The notes beneath the pieces are model-generated. The model did no database searches, had not been told where the DNA came from, and saw only the letters and a list, made by a program, of their open reading frames with translations. From an uncultured Candidatus Saccharibacteria bacterium (GTDB lineage Bacteria; Patescibacteriota; Minisyncoccia; Phycocordibacterales; UBA918): a stretch of DNA of 64,000 nucleotides. A program made the position numbers and the translations under genes. The DNA lies in the NCBI GenBank assembly GCA_964601615.1, contig CAZRNZ010000001.1, positions 71,658-135,657 of the forward strand. The letters run 5' to 3'. Position 1 is the first letter of the stretch, and each line of letters opens with the position of its first letter. Below are positions 1-8,739 of the stretch, piece after piece.

Positions 1-395
1 CTTTCGGCGATAGACATTTTAATGAAACTACTCGCCAACTCACCTATTTCTCTATCGCTTTTATTAGAAACTAAAACCAAACGGGATTTTAGTGTTGGTA
101 ACAAAAAAGAAATATTTGGAATTACTAAATAATAAACTGCACCAGCAGGCGGTTCTTCCAAAAGTTTTAACAAAGAGTTTTGGGCCTCGGTATTTATATT
201 TTGTGTAAATATAATAAAATTTCTTTTCCCATCCCATCCGCGACCAGAGCTTTGGGCGATGAGTTGTCTAGAATCATCAATACTAAATCTGTCTCGGATA
301 AAATGAACTGTATCGAGACTTTCTGTTTTTAATTCTTCAACTAATTCTGAATCTAAAATAGATTTTGCTATCAGCAATTGGGCGTGGGTTGTCAT
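1..395 (-). CDS. holB: DNA polymerase III delta' (clamp-loader) subunit-like, N-terminally short; 3' end runs off window
   Basis: Edge-partial, so absent from the ORF track. Minus-strand ATG at 395-393 lies in the same frame as the upstream ORF, directly after its TGA-TAA. Translation MTTHAQLLIAKSILDSELVEELK...IDDSRQLIAQSS...KRNFIIFTQNINTEAQNSLLKLLEEPP... carries the clamp-loader 'LLKxLEEPP' box and a Walker-B-like IIF. No P-loop segment is encoded upstream. Confidence 0.6.
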   Translation of the reverse strand, partial: MTTHAQLLIAKSILDSELVEELKTESLDTVHFIRDRFSIDDSRQLIAQSSGRGWDGKRNFIIFTQNINTEAQNSLLKLLEEPPAGAVYYLVIPNISFLLPTLKSRLVLVSNKSDREIGELASSFIKMSIAE

Positions 396-407
396 TCCCT
401 TATTTTA

Positions 408-2108
408 TCACGATAAAGGTAACATCCTTTGTCTGGTCAAAACTTGTTTAATTACTCTACGTAAGTAATGTTCAAAACTTTCACCTAACTCATGAATTAT
501 TCCTTGTTCATAGCGCCAACCATTCATGTAATCGGTCAAACTTTGTTTAATTTGAGGAGTAGCACCTTCAAATCTGCCAGCGATCACAGCTGCCATTGGC
601 ATAGTAGAAAGTTGTTTATAAAGTGGGTGCTCTATTCCCTTTGGACCCATCCCAAGAAAACCGCTTGATTTAAACAGTGTCCATTCTGATAGAAGCTTCT
701 CTAATCCAGACTGAACCTCTGGAGAATTTAAATCAGTGATTGGCTTTTTTGATTCTGCTTCTCTTTTGGCAACTTCCTCACGAAGCTTAGACATTTTTTC
801 TGGCAAAGTCGTGGAATCCTTGAGAGATTTTAGTGATGCCCTATCATCTGATTTTTCGTCTTGGTTTTGTGTACCGATATTCAAATGACGCACAGAAGAT
901 TCTGCTGTCGTCTGTGGAGTTGCGGGGGCATTCTCTGTCTCTTCGTCAGATTTTCTTTTTAGCAAGCTAGACAATACTGGTTTCGCTTTTTTATTTTCTG
1001 CTTGATCAAGTAAATCAATCTCATCAATTGGTTTATGATATAGACCAGAAGTAACTCTAGGTTTTGCAATTTCTGGTTTAACTTCTTCTCTAACCTGCTC
1101 TACCTCTTCAGGTATGGATGTAATTTCTGGTTCGTTAATTTCCTCTGGTTCAACTACTGGAGTCTTTACATCTTCAGACTCAAGTTCGTTAGAATTCTCC
1201 CAGGTTACATTTTCAATTTCTTTTGTTGTCTCTGGTTCAGCTATTATTTCTTGTCTTTCGGTAACTTCTTTCTTAGGGAGATTTTTTTTTGTTGATACTT
1301 GATCAACTATAGTCAATGCTGACTTATAAGCATTTTCCAAACGATTAAGAGCTTCGTTTTGACTACCACCGCTGTTTAGTATCTTCATTGCATCAAGAAG
1401 TGCAGACATGTACTCGCGACCAATTAGTTCGTTTGTGCTGATTAAGTTTATTGGATTACCAACACGACCATTTATGTCACGTTTTATTTCATCAATTCTT
1501 GTGCGTAAATCACCAGAAACAGATCTGGTTTCTTCTACTTTAATTTCTTCCTGTGGTAATTCTTGAGGAATCTCTATTTTGCTTTCTTCTTTTACTTCGA
1601 TAACCTCTTCTTCTGGTTTATCCACTACTAGCGGCTCTTTAATTTCTGTTTCAGGTTTAACAGTCGGTTTTTCTACTTCTGCAATCGCTAGTGGACTTTC
1701 TGGAAGAGAAATATTTTCTTCTGCTTTAGTTTCTATTTCAATTTTTTTTTCTGGTTCAGCAACAAATTCCTCTCTGAAAGTTGGGATATTAAAAGTAGGA
1801 ACTCTTCTAAAAGAACCAGTGTTTGAATTTGTTTGATTCGGAGCTTCTTCTAGTGTCTTAGATGAAACTTTTGACTCTTGGACTATATTCAGAGTCGGTA
1901 AAATGTCCTTATATTTAGCTAACTTCTCTAAAATATCCTCCTTAAGTTGTGATCGTCTTGTTTCATCTGTTTCACCAGCAAAATCTAAAAAAAGATCACG
2001 AAAGACTCCCTTCTCTGTAGTTGGGATTGTGGAATTTCGTATCGTTGCTAATGTTTTTAAGATACTAGCTTCCGATTCAAAAATATCAAGAAGAACAGAC
2101 TCATCCAT
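408..2108 (-). CDS. hypothetical Glu/Lys/Pro-rich low-complexity (probably disordered) protein with short ordered N- and C-terminal regions
   Basis: 566-aa ORF with a long acidic repeat core (EEIKEPLVVDKPEEEVIEVKEESKIE...). Co-oriented with and 2 nt upstream of the holB-like ORF. No recognisable domain. Confidence 0.5.
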   Translation of the reverse strand: MDESVLLDIFESEASILKTLATIRNSTIPTTEKGVFRDLFLDFAGETDETRRSQLKEDILEKLAKYKDILPTLNIVQESKVSSKTLEEAPNQTNSNTGSFRRVPTFNIPTFREEFVAEPEKKIEIETKAEENISLPESPLAIAEVEKPTVKPETEIKEPLVVDKPEEEVIEVKEESKIEIPQELPQEEIKVEETRSVSGDLRTRIDEIKRDINGRVGNPINLISTNELIGREYMSALLDAMKILNSGGSQNEALNRLENAYKSALTIVDQVSTKKNLPKKEVTERQEIIAEPETTKEIENVTWENSNELESEDVKTPVVEPEEINEPEITSIPEEVEQVREEVKPEIAKPRVTSGLYHKPIDEIDLLDQAENKKAKPVLSSLLKRKSDEETENAPATPQTTAESSVRHLNIGTQNQDEKSDDRASLKSLKDSTTLPEKMSKLREEVAKREAESKKPITDLNSPEVQSGLEKLLSEWTLFKSSGFLGMGPKGIEHPLYKQLSTMPMAAVIAGRFEGATPQIKQSLTDYMNGWRYEQGIIHELGESFEHYLRRVIKQVLTRQRMLPLS

Positions 2109-2164
2109 AATTTCTTCAATTGTAACACTGAGTAGTGTTGTGGAGATGGTCTAGTTATTCACAC

Positions 2165-3178
2165 TTATCGCTTAGCGATGATTGTACGCTTGTAGGTGTC
2201 TAGGTGTTCAAGAGCAATTCCTGTTCCCTTGGCAACACAGAATAGTGCTTGATCAGCCAACTTTGCAGAAACACCAGTTCTTCTGCGAATCAATTCTGGG
2301 AAGTTACGAAGTTGTGAAGTTCCTCCTGTCATGATAATTCCGCCATCCATAATATCTGAAGCAAGTTCTGGTGGTGTGTCTTGAAAAACATCTTTGATAG
2401 CTTTTACCATTTCACGAAGCTCTTTGCCGATTGCTTGAACAATTTCGTTAGTCTTCACTTCTGTAACTCTTGGCAGTCCTGTTATTACGTCTATACCTTT
2501 AACGTCAATCGTAAGTTCTTCTTGTAGCGGAAGAGCTGAACCAATCTGGATCTTTACTTCCTCAGCTGTTTTTTCACCGATAGAAAGATTTCTGGTTTTC
2601 TTGATGTAGTCAATAATTGCGGCATCAATACGATTTCCTGAACACTTCACTGAGTTTGATGCAACAATTCCTCCGAGACTAATTACAGCAACATCGATAG
2701 TACCTCCACCACAGTCAACAATCATGTGTCCTTGTGGTTCATAAATAGGAACTCCAGCACCAATAGCAGAAAGAATCGGCTCTTTCACAACATAAGCATT
2801 TTTTGCACCAGCTTTGATAGCGGCCTCTACTACAGCGCGTTTTTCGGTTGAGGTAACCCCTGCAGGAACAGAAATAAGAACATCTGGTCTGAAGAAATTC
2901 CATTTCCCTAAAGCTTGTCGAATAAAATGTCCAAGCATTATTTCTGTAACTCGGTAATCAGCAATTACGCCATCTCGGAGTGGACGATAAGCGCGAATTC
3001 CGTCTGGGGTGCGACCAATCATTTCCTTTGCAGCTTTTCCAACAGCCAAAACCTGATTGTTGTCTGATACAGCTACTACTGACGGTTCATTTAGTACAAC
3101 TCCTTGTCCTGGAATAAATACCAAGATACTGGTTGTTCCAAGGTCGATACCGATTTTAGGGCTAAGGCGAGAAAACAT
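2165..3178 (-). CDS. mreB: rod shape-determining protein MreB (actin-like ATPase)
   Basis: IGIDLGTTSILVF, DCGGGTIDVAVISLGG, and IIMTGGTSQLRNF motifs; 337 aa. Confidence 0.9.
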   Translation of the reverse strand: MFSRLSPKIGIDLGTTSILVFIPGQGVVLNEPSVVAVSDNNQVLAVGKAAKEMIGRTPDGIRAYRPLRDGVIADYRVTEIMLGHFIRQALGKWNFFRPDVLISVPAGVTSTEKRAVVEAAIKAGAKNAYVVKEPILSAIGAGVPIYEPQGHMIVDCGGGTIDVAVISLGGIVASNSVKCSGNRIDAAIIDYIKKTRNLSIGEKTAEEVKIQIGSALPLQEELTIDVKGIDVITGLPRVTEVKTNEIVQAIGKELREMVKAIKDVFQDTPPELASDIMDGGIIMTGGTSQLRNFPELIRRRTGVSAKLADQALFCVAKGTGIALEHLDTYKRTIIAKR

Positions 3179-3227
3179 AATTCAGAATATTTCGTATAGC
3201 ATAGCAAATTTATTAAACATATTCGAC

Positions 3228-3243
3228 ATAGCATATATGCTAT
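3228..3243. promoter_or_regulatory. 16-bp perfect palindrome ATAGCATATATGCTAT in the mreB/murA divergent promoter; candidate operator for the HTH-MurA product
   Basis: Self-complementary 16-mer 14 nt upstream of the murA ATG. A related half-site GTATAGCATAGCA lies at 3194-3206. Confidence 0.45.
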
Positions 3244-3256
3244 ACTTTAATGGTAT

Positions 3257-4765
3257 ATGGAAAATAATATCGGCAAAAAAATAGCAGACTTACGTGAAGC
3301 CTCTGGCTTAACTCAGTCTGAATTAGCAAAGAAATTAAAAACCACTCAAAGTGCTGTTGCTCGCATTGAAACTGGTGGACAAAATGTTAGTACTGAAACT
3401 TTAAAAAAGATATCTAAAGCTTTGGGTAAAAACATCGTTACGCTTTCACCTGGAAGTTTAAATATAGAAATTGAGGGTGGATATAATTTGAGTGGAACTA
3501 TTGAGACTAACACTTCTAAGAATGGTGCTGTTGGTCTTTTGTGTGCTTCCCTTCTTAATAAAGGTCGTACTACCTTGCGTAGGATGCCCCGTATTGAAGA
3601 GGTTCATCGCATTATAGAAGTCTTGGAATCGATCGGTGTTAGTGTCGTTTGGCAAGGAAATGATGTTGTAATTACTCCAGCTAAGCAACTAACATTAAGT
3701 AAGATTGATACTGAAGCTGCTGTACGTACTCGCAGTATCATCATGTTTATCGGTGCTCTAATGCATAGATTAGAAAAATTTAGCTTACCGCAGTCTGGTG
3801 GGTGTAAGCTCGGTTCTCGTACAGTGCGACCACATTTTTTTGCTTTGGAAGATTTGGGTGTTGATATTAAAACCACTGAAAAAACTTTTGATATTACTGT
3901 TTCCAAGACTAATAAAAAAGAAAGAGAAATTGTTCTTTATGAATCTGGTGACACAGTTACTGAGAATGCTCTGTTCGCTGCGGCAATGACTTCTGGAGTT
4001 ACAACTATAAAGTACGCTTCTGCTAACTACATGGTGCAAGAGGTTTGTGCCTTCCTACAGGTTTGTGGCGTGAAGATTGATGGAATCGGTACAACAACTT
4101 TGATTGTTCATGGAATTGAGGATATTAATTCTGATATTGAATATACACTTTCAGAAGATCCAACTGACTCCATGTTTTTCTTGGCTTCTGCCATTGTAAC
4201 TAACTCAGAGATTACGATTACCCGCTGCCCGATTGATTTTCTAGAACTGGAATTACTGGTGTTAGAAAAAATGGGATTTAAGTACACTAAGAGTAAGACT
4301 TATCTTTCTCACAATGGTGTGACAAAGTTGGTTGATATCAAAACCAAGAAATCTAAGTTGGTAGCGTCTCCGGAAAAGGTTCATTCCAGACCATATCCAG
4401 GACTTAATGCTGACAACCTACCTTTCTTTGCTGTAATTGCTACACAGGCCGAAGGACAGACTTTAATTCACGACTGGATGTATGAAAAGCGTGCTTTGTA
4501 TTTTACTGAGCTTGATAAACTTGGTGCCGACACAGTTTTGGCAGACCCACATCGAATTTATATCACTGGCAAAACAACCTTGAAGCCAGTGGAGCTAATT
4601 TGCCCACCAGCTTTGCGTCCCGCTACAATCCTTTTGATTGCTATGCTCGGAGCTTCAGGAAGATCAGTATTACGAAATATTTACTCTATCAATCGAGGTT
4701 ATGAAAAATTGGTTGAACGTCTAAATTCAATTGGTGCGAAGGTGAAATACTTGGAAGAGTTTTAG
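3257..4765 (+). CDS. murA: UDP-N-acetylglucosamine 1-carboxyvinyltransferase (MurA) with an N-terminal XRE-type helix-turn-helix domain fused in-frame
   Basis: Residues 5-60 (IADLREASGLTQSELAKKLKTTQSAVARIETGGQNVSTETLKKISKALG) form an XRE HTH. The rest has the MurA/EPSP-synthase fold with the catalytic-loop Cys (QSGGCKLGSRTVRPHFFALEDLGV). Single uninterrupted 502-codon ORF. Confidence 0.8.
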   Translation: MENNIGKKIADLREASGLTQSELAKKLKTTQSAVARIETGGQNVSTETLKKISKALGKNIVTLSPGSLNIEIEGGYNLSGTIETNTSKNGAVGLLCASLLNKGRTTLRRMPRIEEVHRIIEVLESIGVSVVWQGNDVVITPAKQLTLSKIDTEAAVRTRSIIMFIGALMHRLEKFSLPQSGGCKLGSRTVRPHFFALEDLGVDIKTTEKTFDITVSKTNKKEREIVLYESGDTVTENALFAAAMTSGVTTIKYASANYMVQEVCAFLQVCGVKIDGIGTTTLIVHGIEDINSDIEYTLSEDPTDSMFFLASAIVTNSEITITRCPIDFLELELLVLEKMGFKYTKSKTYLSHNGVTKLVDIKTKKSKLVASPEKVHSRPYPGLNADNLPFFAVIATQAEGQTLIHDWMYEKRALYFTELDKLGADTVLADPHRIYITGKTTLKPVELICPPALRPATILLIAMLGASGRSVLRNIYSINRGYEKLVERLNSIGAKVKYLEEF

Positions 4766-4906
4766 AATTTATCTAAAATAGCGATCTACTGCGTTGAACT
4801 GCAGAAAAATCCGCTCACTGTATGTCTATATACAGCTCGCGGATTTTTCTTTGTTCGCCTTGTATCTCATCAATTTTAAATAAATTCTTTCACTGTTAGA
4901 TAAAAT

Positions 4907-4940
4907 AAAAGACCTCGTGATATTTCACGAGGTCTTATTT
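4907..4940. terminator. intrinsic terminator hairpin (AGACCTCGTGA...TCACGAGGTCT) flanked by A/T runs; bidirectional between murA (+) and the NUDIX gene (-)
   Basis: 11-bp stem, A-run upstream and T-run downstream. Confidence 0.6.
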
Positions 4941-5419
4941 TATTTAATTTGCCTAACGGCATATCTTGCTATCCGAGCTACTTCTGTATTATCGATTATA
5001 TCGTTTTTGTTTCTCCAAGCATATTCCAATAATTCCTTATTAAGCGAAGGATTTTTATTTGGTATTTGTCCAGTGAAAATAATAACAGTGTCCCTCTTCC
5101 CTTCTGTGTCTGTATAGTAAGTTGCTAGGTCATGTAATTCTGTGATTAGAATATCTAGTTCTTCTCTAACTTCACGAATAGCAGCTTGCTTAGCAGATTC
5201 TTTTTTTGGATTATATCCACCACCAGGAAGATTCCATAGTGATTTGTTGCCATAACTATGTCGCACAATCAGTATCTCGTCATTATTTTCTGGATTAAAT
5301 ATTAAAACCTTTACACCGTAAGTTTTAGGTTTAAATATCTTCCAGTAAGTATGAATCAACAAGAGTAAGGTTTCTCTAAAAAACATTGTTCGTAAAGTAT
5401 ATAATAAATTAAAAGCCAC
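4940..5419 (-). CDS. NUDIX hydrolase
   Basis: Nudix box GGGYNPKKESAKQAAIREVREELD (G-x5-E-x7-REVxEE). Confidence 0.75.
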   Translation of the reverse strand: MAFNLLYTLRTMFFRETLLLLIHTYWKIFKPKTYGVKVLIFNPENNDEILIVRHSYGNKSLWNLPGGGYNPKKESAKQAAIREVREELDILITELHDLATYYTDTEGKRDTVIIFTGQIPNKNPSLNKELLEYAWRNKNDIIDNTEVARIARYAVRQIK

Positions 5420-5494
5420 ACATTAATATTATGTAGCTTATGTTTTGAGTTTTTTCTAAAAAACCGCTCGTGTAATCACGGGCGGTTTTAGTTT

Positions 5495-5755
5495 TTAGAA
5501 GTCGAATTCCTTAACTTCATCGGCTGCTGCTTGGGCTGAAAGAATTGAATAGACAGCAACAGCTGCAATAAGAGCACTGCTGGGTATAGAGTTGGAGTCA
5601 TACCTTTTTACAAATTTTCGAACCTCGTTATATAAAAGAGGATTTTCTCTCTTAAATACCTTTAAAGCAGTTTGGCTGAAAACAGATTTATTGTCTCTGA
5701 TACTTTCCAAGACAGAAGCGAGTGTCTCGGCAGTGACTACCGGCAATTTAGACAT
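5495..5755 (-). CDS. hypothetical small protein (86 aa)
   Basis: ORF followed by the hairpin AACCGCTCGTG..CACGGGCGGTT at 5461-5492. No domain recognised. Confidence 0.4.
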   Translation of the reverse strand: MSKLPVVTAETLASVLESIRDNKSVFSQTALKVFKRENPLLYNEVRKFVKRYDSNSIPSSALIAAVAVYSILSAQAAADEVKEFDF

Positions 5756-5832
5756 CTCAGTCCCCTTCGTAAACTTTTCTGGTTTGGATTATGTGGTTTT
5801 TTTAACAAAAAGTAAATGTTTATATTAACTTT

Positions 5833-5917
5833 CCTATTTTCTGTGCAACATATCTGAAGGAAGCCCCGCAGTATAGCGAGGACTGGCTTTCTGAAGATAT
5901 GTTGTACAGAAAATAGG
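5833..5917. repeat. 85-nt imperfect inverted repeat (29-nt arms, about 26/29 pairing, 27-nt loop)
   Basis: CCTATTTTCTGTGCAACATATCTGAAGGA ... TTCTGAAGATATGTTGTACAGAAAATAGG. The loop itself has AGCC/GGCT pairing. No T-run follows on either strand. Confidence 0.5.
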
Positions 5918-5925
5918 TGTGTTTA

Positions 5926-6177
5926 TTAAATCTTATCTACTGTGATTATCCGGTAGGTAAATGAGTTGATTGTAGCTCGGATTCCTTTTTCTTGGTTTGA
6001 TATGTAAAAATTTTTGCCAATTTTTATAATATTTCTTTCCGGAACTTCTTTTATTGTTTCAAAGACTAGTTTTTCTATTTCAGATTTATTTAAATCTAGT
6101 TTTAGTTTCTTATTGATTCTTTTATAAACTAGTTCCGTATAACAGAGATTTTTTAGAATTTGGCTCTTTGTGTACAT
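5926..6177 (-). CDS. hypothetical small basic protein (83 aa)
   Basis: ORF only. No confident family assignment. Confidence 0.4.
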   Translation of the reverse strand: MYTKSQILKNLCYTELVYKRINKKLKLDLNKSEIEKLVFETIKEVPERNIIKIGKNFYISNQEKGIRATINSFTYRIITVDKI

Positions 6178-6296
6178 CTTTTTATTTTATCAGATTGGTT
6201 TCTATTGGGTGGGCGGCGAAGCCGCCTACCTATTCCTAATTTTCCGTAAAATTCCAGCTTTTAGCGGTTCCTCACTGATTTTGTTAAACTATATAA

Positions 6297-8189
6297 ATGC
6301 ATGTGATTGAGGTGGCACCGTTAATGAAAGGAGTTGGGGTTGAAAGTTTGTCTTATTACAGCTCGATTGATTATCCTCCAGGGACTCTCCTGACTGTTCC
6401 GGTTCGAAATAAAGAAATCAGAGCAGTTGTATTAAATAGTACCGAATTATCGGCTGCTAAAACTGCTGTTAGAGCAGCAACTTTTTCTCTTAAGCGTTTG
6501 CCGGCTCAGGCAAATACTTATCGTCTGTCTTCTGTTTTGGTAAATACCGCCAAAGAACTTTCCAAAAGAACCCCCTCTTCTTTTGGTGTAATTTTATTTT
6601 CAATGCTTCCACTGGAGATGCGTGAAGGTGATTTTTCTCCTTCAGATTCTTCTGAGATAAAAGAAGCCCTTGGTGAATATTCTGTTTCAGTTCTTACTGG
6701 TAGTAAAGAAGAGAGATATCTCGCATATAAAAGAAGAATTCGAGAGGCTTTTGCACATCGAGGTTCGGTAATTTTTGTATCGCCTACTGCTGAAGGATTG
6801 GCGCAAGCTGCGGAAGAATTAATGTCAGGGATTGAAGATCGATCAGTGATTCTTTCTAACGCCTTGCCAAAACGTGCCTTGAAAAAGTCTTATCAAAATA
6901 TCAATGACCTTTCTACTGCAAAACTGATACTAGCAACTCCTTCAAGATCAATTATTGATAGACCTGACATTACCGATATCATTATCGATGAATCCAGTAG
7001 CTCTCATTACAAGATGAAGCAAAGACCTTATATTAACTTTAAGGACGCTCTTTTGATTGGTGCAAAAATTTGCGGGAGAAGAGCTTTATTGGGAGATTTG
7101 GTGCATCGATCTGAAGATGAGTCTTTGCGTCGTTCTGAAATATTTTTAACTGAAGAAGAAGAACCTCATAGAATAAATTTGCCAAGCCAGCTTAGGATTA
7201 TTGATCAAAGTGCAAAAGTTGTTCTTGATAATTCATTCAAACTATTTAGTGATGAACTGCTAGAGGAAATAAAAAATAATCTAAAAAATAAACAAAATGT
7301 TTTTCTTTATGCAGCTAGGCGCGGTCTTTCGCCCGTTGTAACTTGTGGAGATTGTGGTTTTGTATTTCGGTGTCCAGACTCAGGTTCACCATATTCTTTG
7401 TTTAGCACAATGAAAGATGGTGAAGAAAAACGCTGGTTTGTCTCCCCTACTTCTGGCAGAAGGGTGCGAGCGGCAGATACTTGCCCGCAGTGCAACTCTT
7501 GGCGTTTGCGTGAGCGAGGAATTGGAATTCAACATATTCATAATGAACTTAGAAAACTTTTCCCTGAAGATAGAATATTTATCTTTGATCATTTAACTGC
7601 TTCTACTAAAACAAAAGCCAGATCAATCATTGGTGATTTTTATGAAAAGAAGGGCGCTATTTTGTTAGGTACTTCAATGGCACTGCCTTTTATTGAGAAA
7701 CCAGTTGCCTTGTCCGCTATTGTTTCTTTAGACGCCGTACGCTCAGTTCCGACTTGGCGAGTTGATGAACTTTCCTTTTCTTTGTTGATGCGACTTAGAG
7801 AAATTTCTACTGATACCGTAATTGTGCAAAGTAGGACTGAATCAGATGAGCTTATGTCGTGGGCAGCAACCGGATCAACCGAAAAATTCTTTGATAGTGA
7901 ACTTGCTTTAAGAAAAGCATTGCACTATCCGCCATTTTACAAATTGATTCATCTAACAATCGCTGGTTCTTTGGAGTCTGTGAGAAATCTTGAAGCAGAA
8001 CTCCTGCCTTTACTTGAACCATTTGGTTTTGCTTTTTATAGTGCACCAGATTCGGTAGCAAAAAAGACTGTTAGATATGGTTTGAGTCGTGTCGCTTATA
8101 CTGATTGGCCAGACAAGAAACTCTTGGAGGTTTTACGCAATCTCCCACCTTCAGTTCGAATAGAAATTGATCCAGAAAGAATAGTTTGA
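6297..8189 (+). CDS. priA: primosomal protein N' (PriA) homolog with degenerate helicase motifs
   Basis: PriA-like N-terminus and a Cys4 zinc-binding insertion (CGDCGFVFRCPD...CPQCNS). The Walker A position reads VLTGSKEERY where PriA has GVTGSGKTEVY. The DEEH box reads IIIDESSSSHYK. Confidence 0.75.
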   Translation: MHVIEVAPLMKGVGVESLSYYSSIDYPPGTLLTVPVRNKEIRAVVLNSTELSAAKTAVRAATFSLKRLPAQANTYRLSSVLVNTAKELSKRTPSSFGVILFSMLPLEMREGDFSPSDSSEIKEALGEYSVSVLTGSKEERYLAYKRRIREAFAHRGSVIFVSPTAEGLAQAAEELMSGIEDRSVILSNALPKRALKKSYQNINDLSTAKLILATPSRSIIDRPDITDIIIDESSSSHYKMKQRPYINFKDALLIGAKICGRRALLGDLVHRSEDESLRRSEIFLTEEEEPHRINLPSQLRIIDQSAKVVLDNSFKLFSDELLEEIKNNLKNKQNVFLYAARRGLSPVVTCGDCGFVFRCPDSGSPYSLFSTMKDGEEKRWFVSPTSGRRVRAADTCPQCNSWRLRERGIGIQHIHNELRKLFPEDRIFIFDHLTASTKTKARSIIGDFYEKKGAILLGTSMALPFIEKPVALSAIVSLDAVRSVPTWRVDELSFSLLMRLREISTDTVIVQSRTESDELMSWAATGSTEKFFDSELALRKALHYPPFYKLIHLTIAGSLESVRNLEAELLPLLEPFGFAFYSAPDSVAKKTVRYGLSRVAYTDWPDKKLLEVLRNLPPSVRIEIDPERIV

Positions 8190-8222
8190 AAAAACTGCTT
8201 AATAGTTATAAAGTTAGCCATT

Positions 8223-8738
8223 ATGTCTAAATTAGTAGCTGAAAATCACATTGCCCTACACTCGATTGCTGAGGAAGTAACCGAAGAAGAGATTCAGGAC
8301 GGGACTCTGTCTAAGATTGTTAAAAAGATGAAGGAGGCTCTTCGTGCCTATAATGCTGAAGGTTATGTTGGTGTTGCTATTGCTGCGCCTCAGATTGGGG
8401 TTTCTAAGAGGATTTTCTTGATTGAGGATCAGAGTAAGGATCGCGAGGACGATGTGCCAGAGATAGTGGCAGTTAATCCTCGTATCGTTAAAACTTCAAA
8501 GAAGCGAGAAGTTTTAGGTGAAGGATGTTTGTCTGTACCTGATAGGTATGGTGCGGTGGTTCGCTATACTAATGTGACACTAGAAGCACTCGACGAAAAC
8601 GGTAAACCCTTCACTCGCGGTGCCGGTGGTTTGTTGGCGCAGATATTTCAGCATGAATGTGATCACTTAGATGGAACTTTGTTTGTCGATGTGGCAGACA
8701 AGGTTTGGTTTAAAGAGGATATGGACAAACATCAGTAA
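8223..8738 (+). CDS. def: peptide deformylase
   Basis: GVAIAAPQIGVSKRIF, EGCLSVPD, and HECDHLDG motifs. Confidence 0.9.
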   Translation: MSKLVAENHIALHSIAEEVTEEEIQDGTLSKIVKKMKEALRAYNAEGYVGVAIAAPQIGVSKRIFLIEDQSKDREDDVPEIVAVNPRIVKTSKKREVLGEGCLSVPDRYGAVVRYTNVTLEALDENGKPFTRGAGGLLAQIFQHECDHLDGTLFVDVADKVWFKEDMDKHQ

Positions 8739-8739
8739 T

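Noticed and set aside
395-410. UGA recoded as an amino acid (genetic code 25) joining the acidic ORF to holB
   Set aside because: The TGA is followed immediately by an in-frame TAA. Elsewhere TGA ends well-conserved genes at their expected C-termini, for example priA at 8187-8189. The standard code applies.
5495-6177. Toxin-antitoxin pair interpretation for the two small ORFs near priA
   Set aside because: The genes are separated by 170 bp containing the large inverted repeat, not overlapping or abutting. Neither shows recognisable RelE/ParE, HicA, HigB or antitoxin HTH signatures on inspection.
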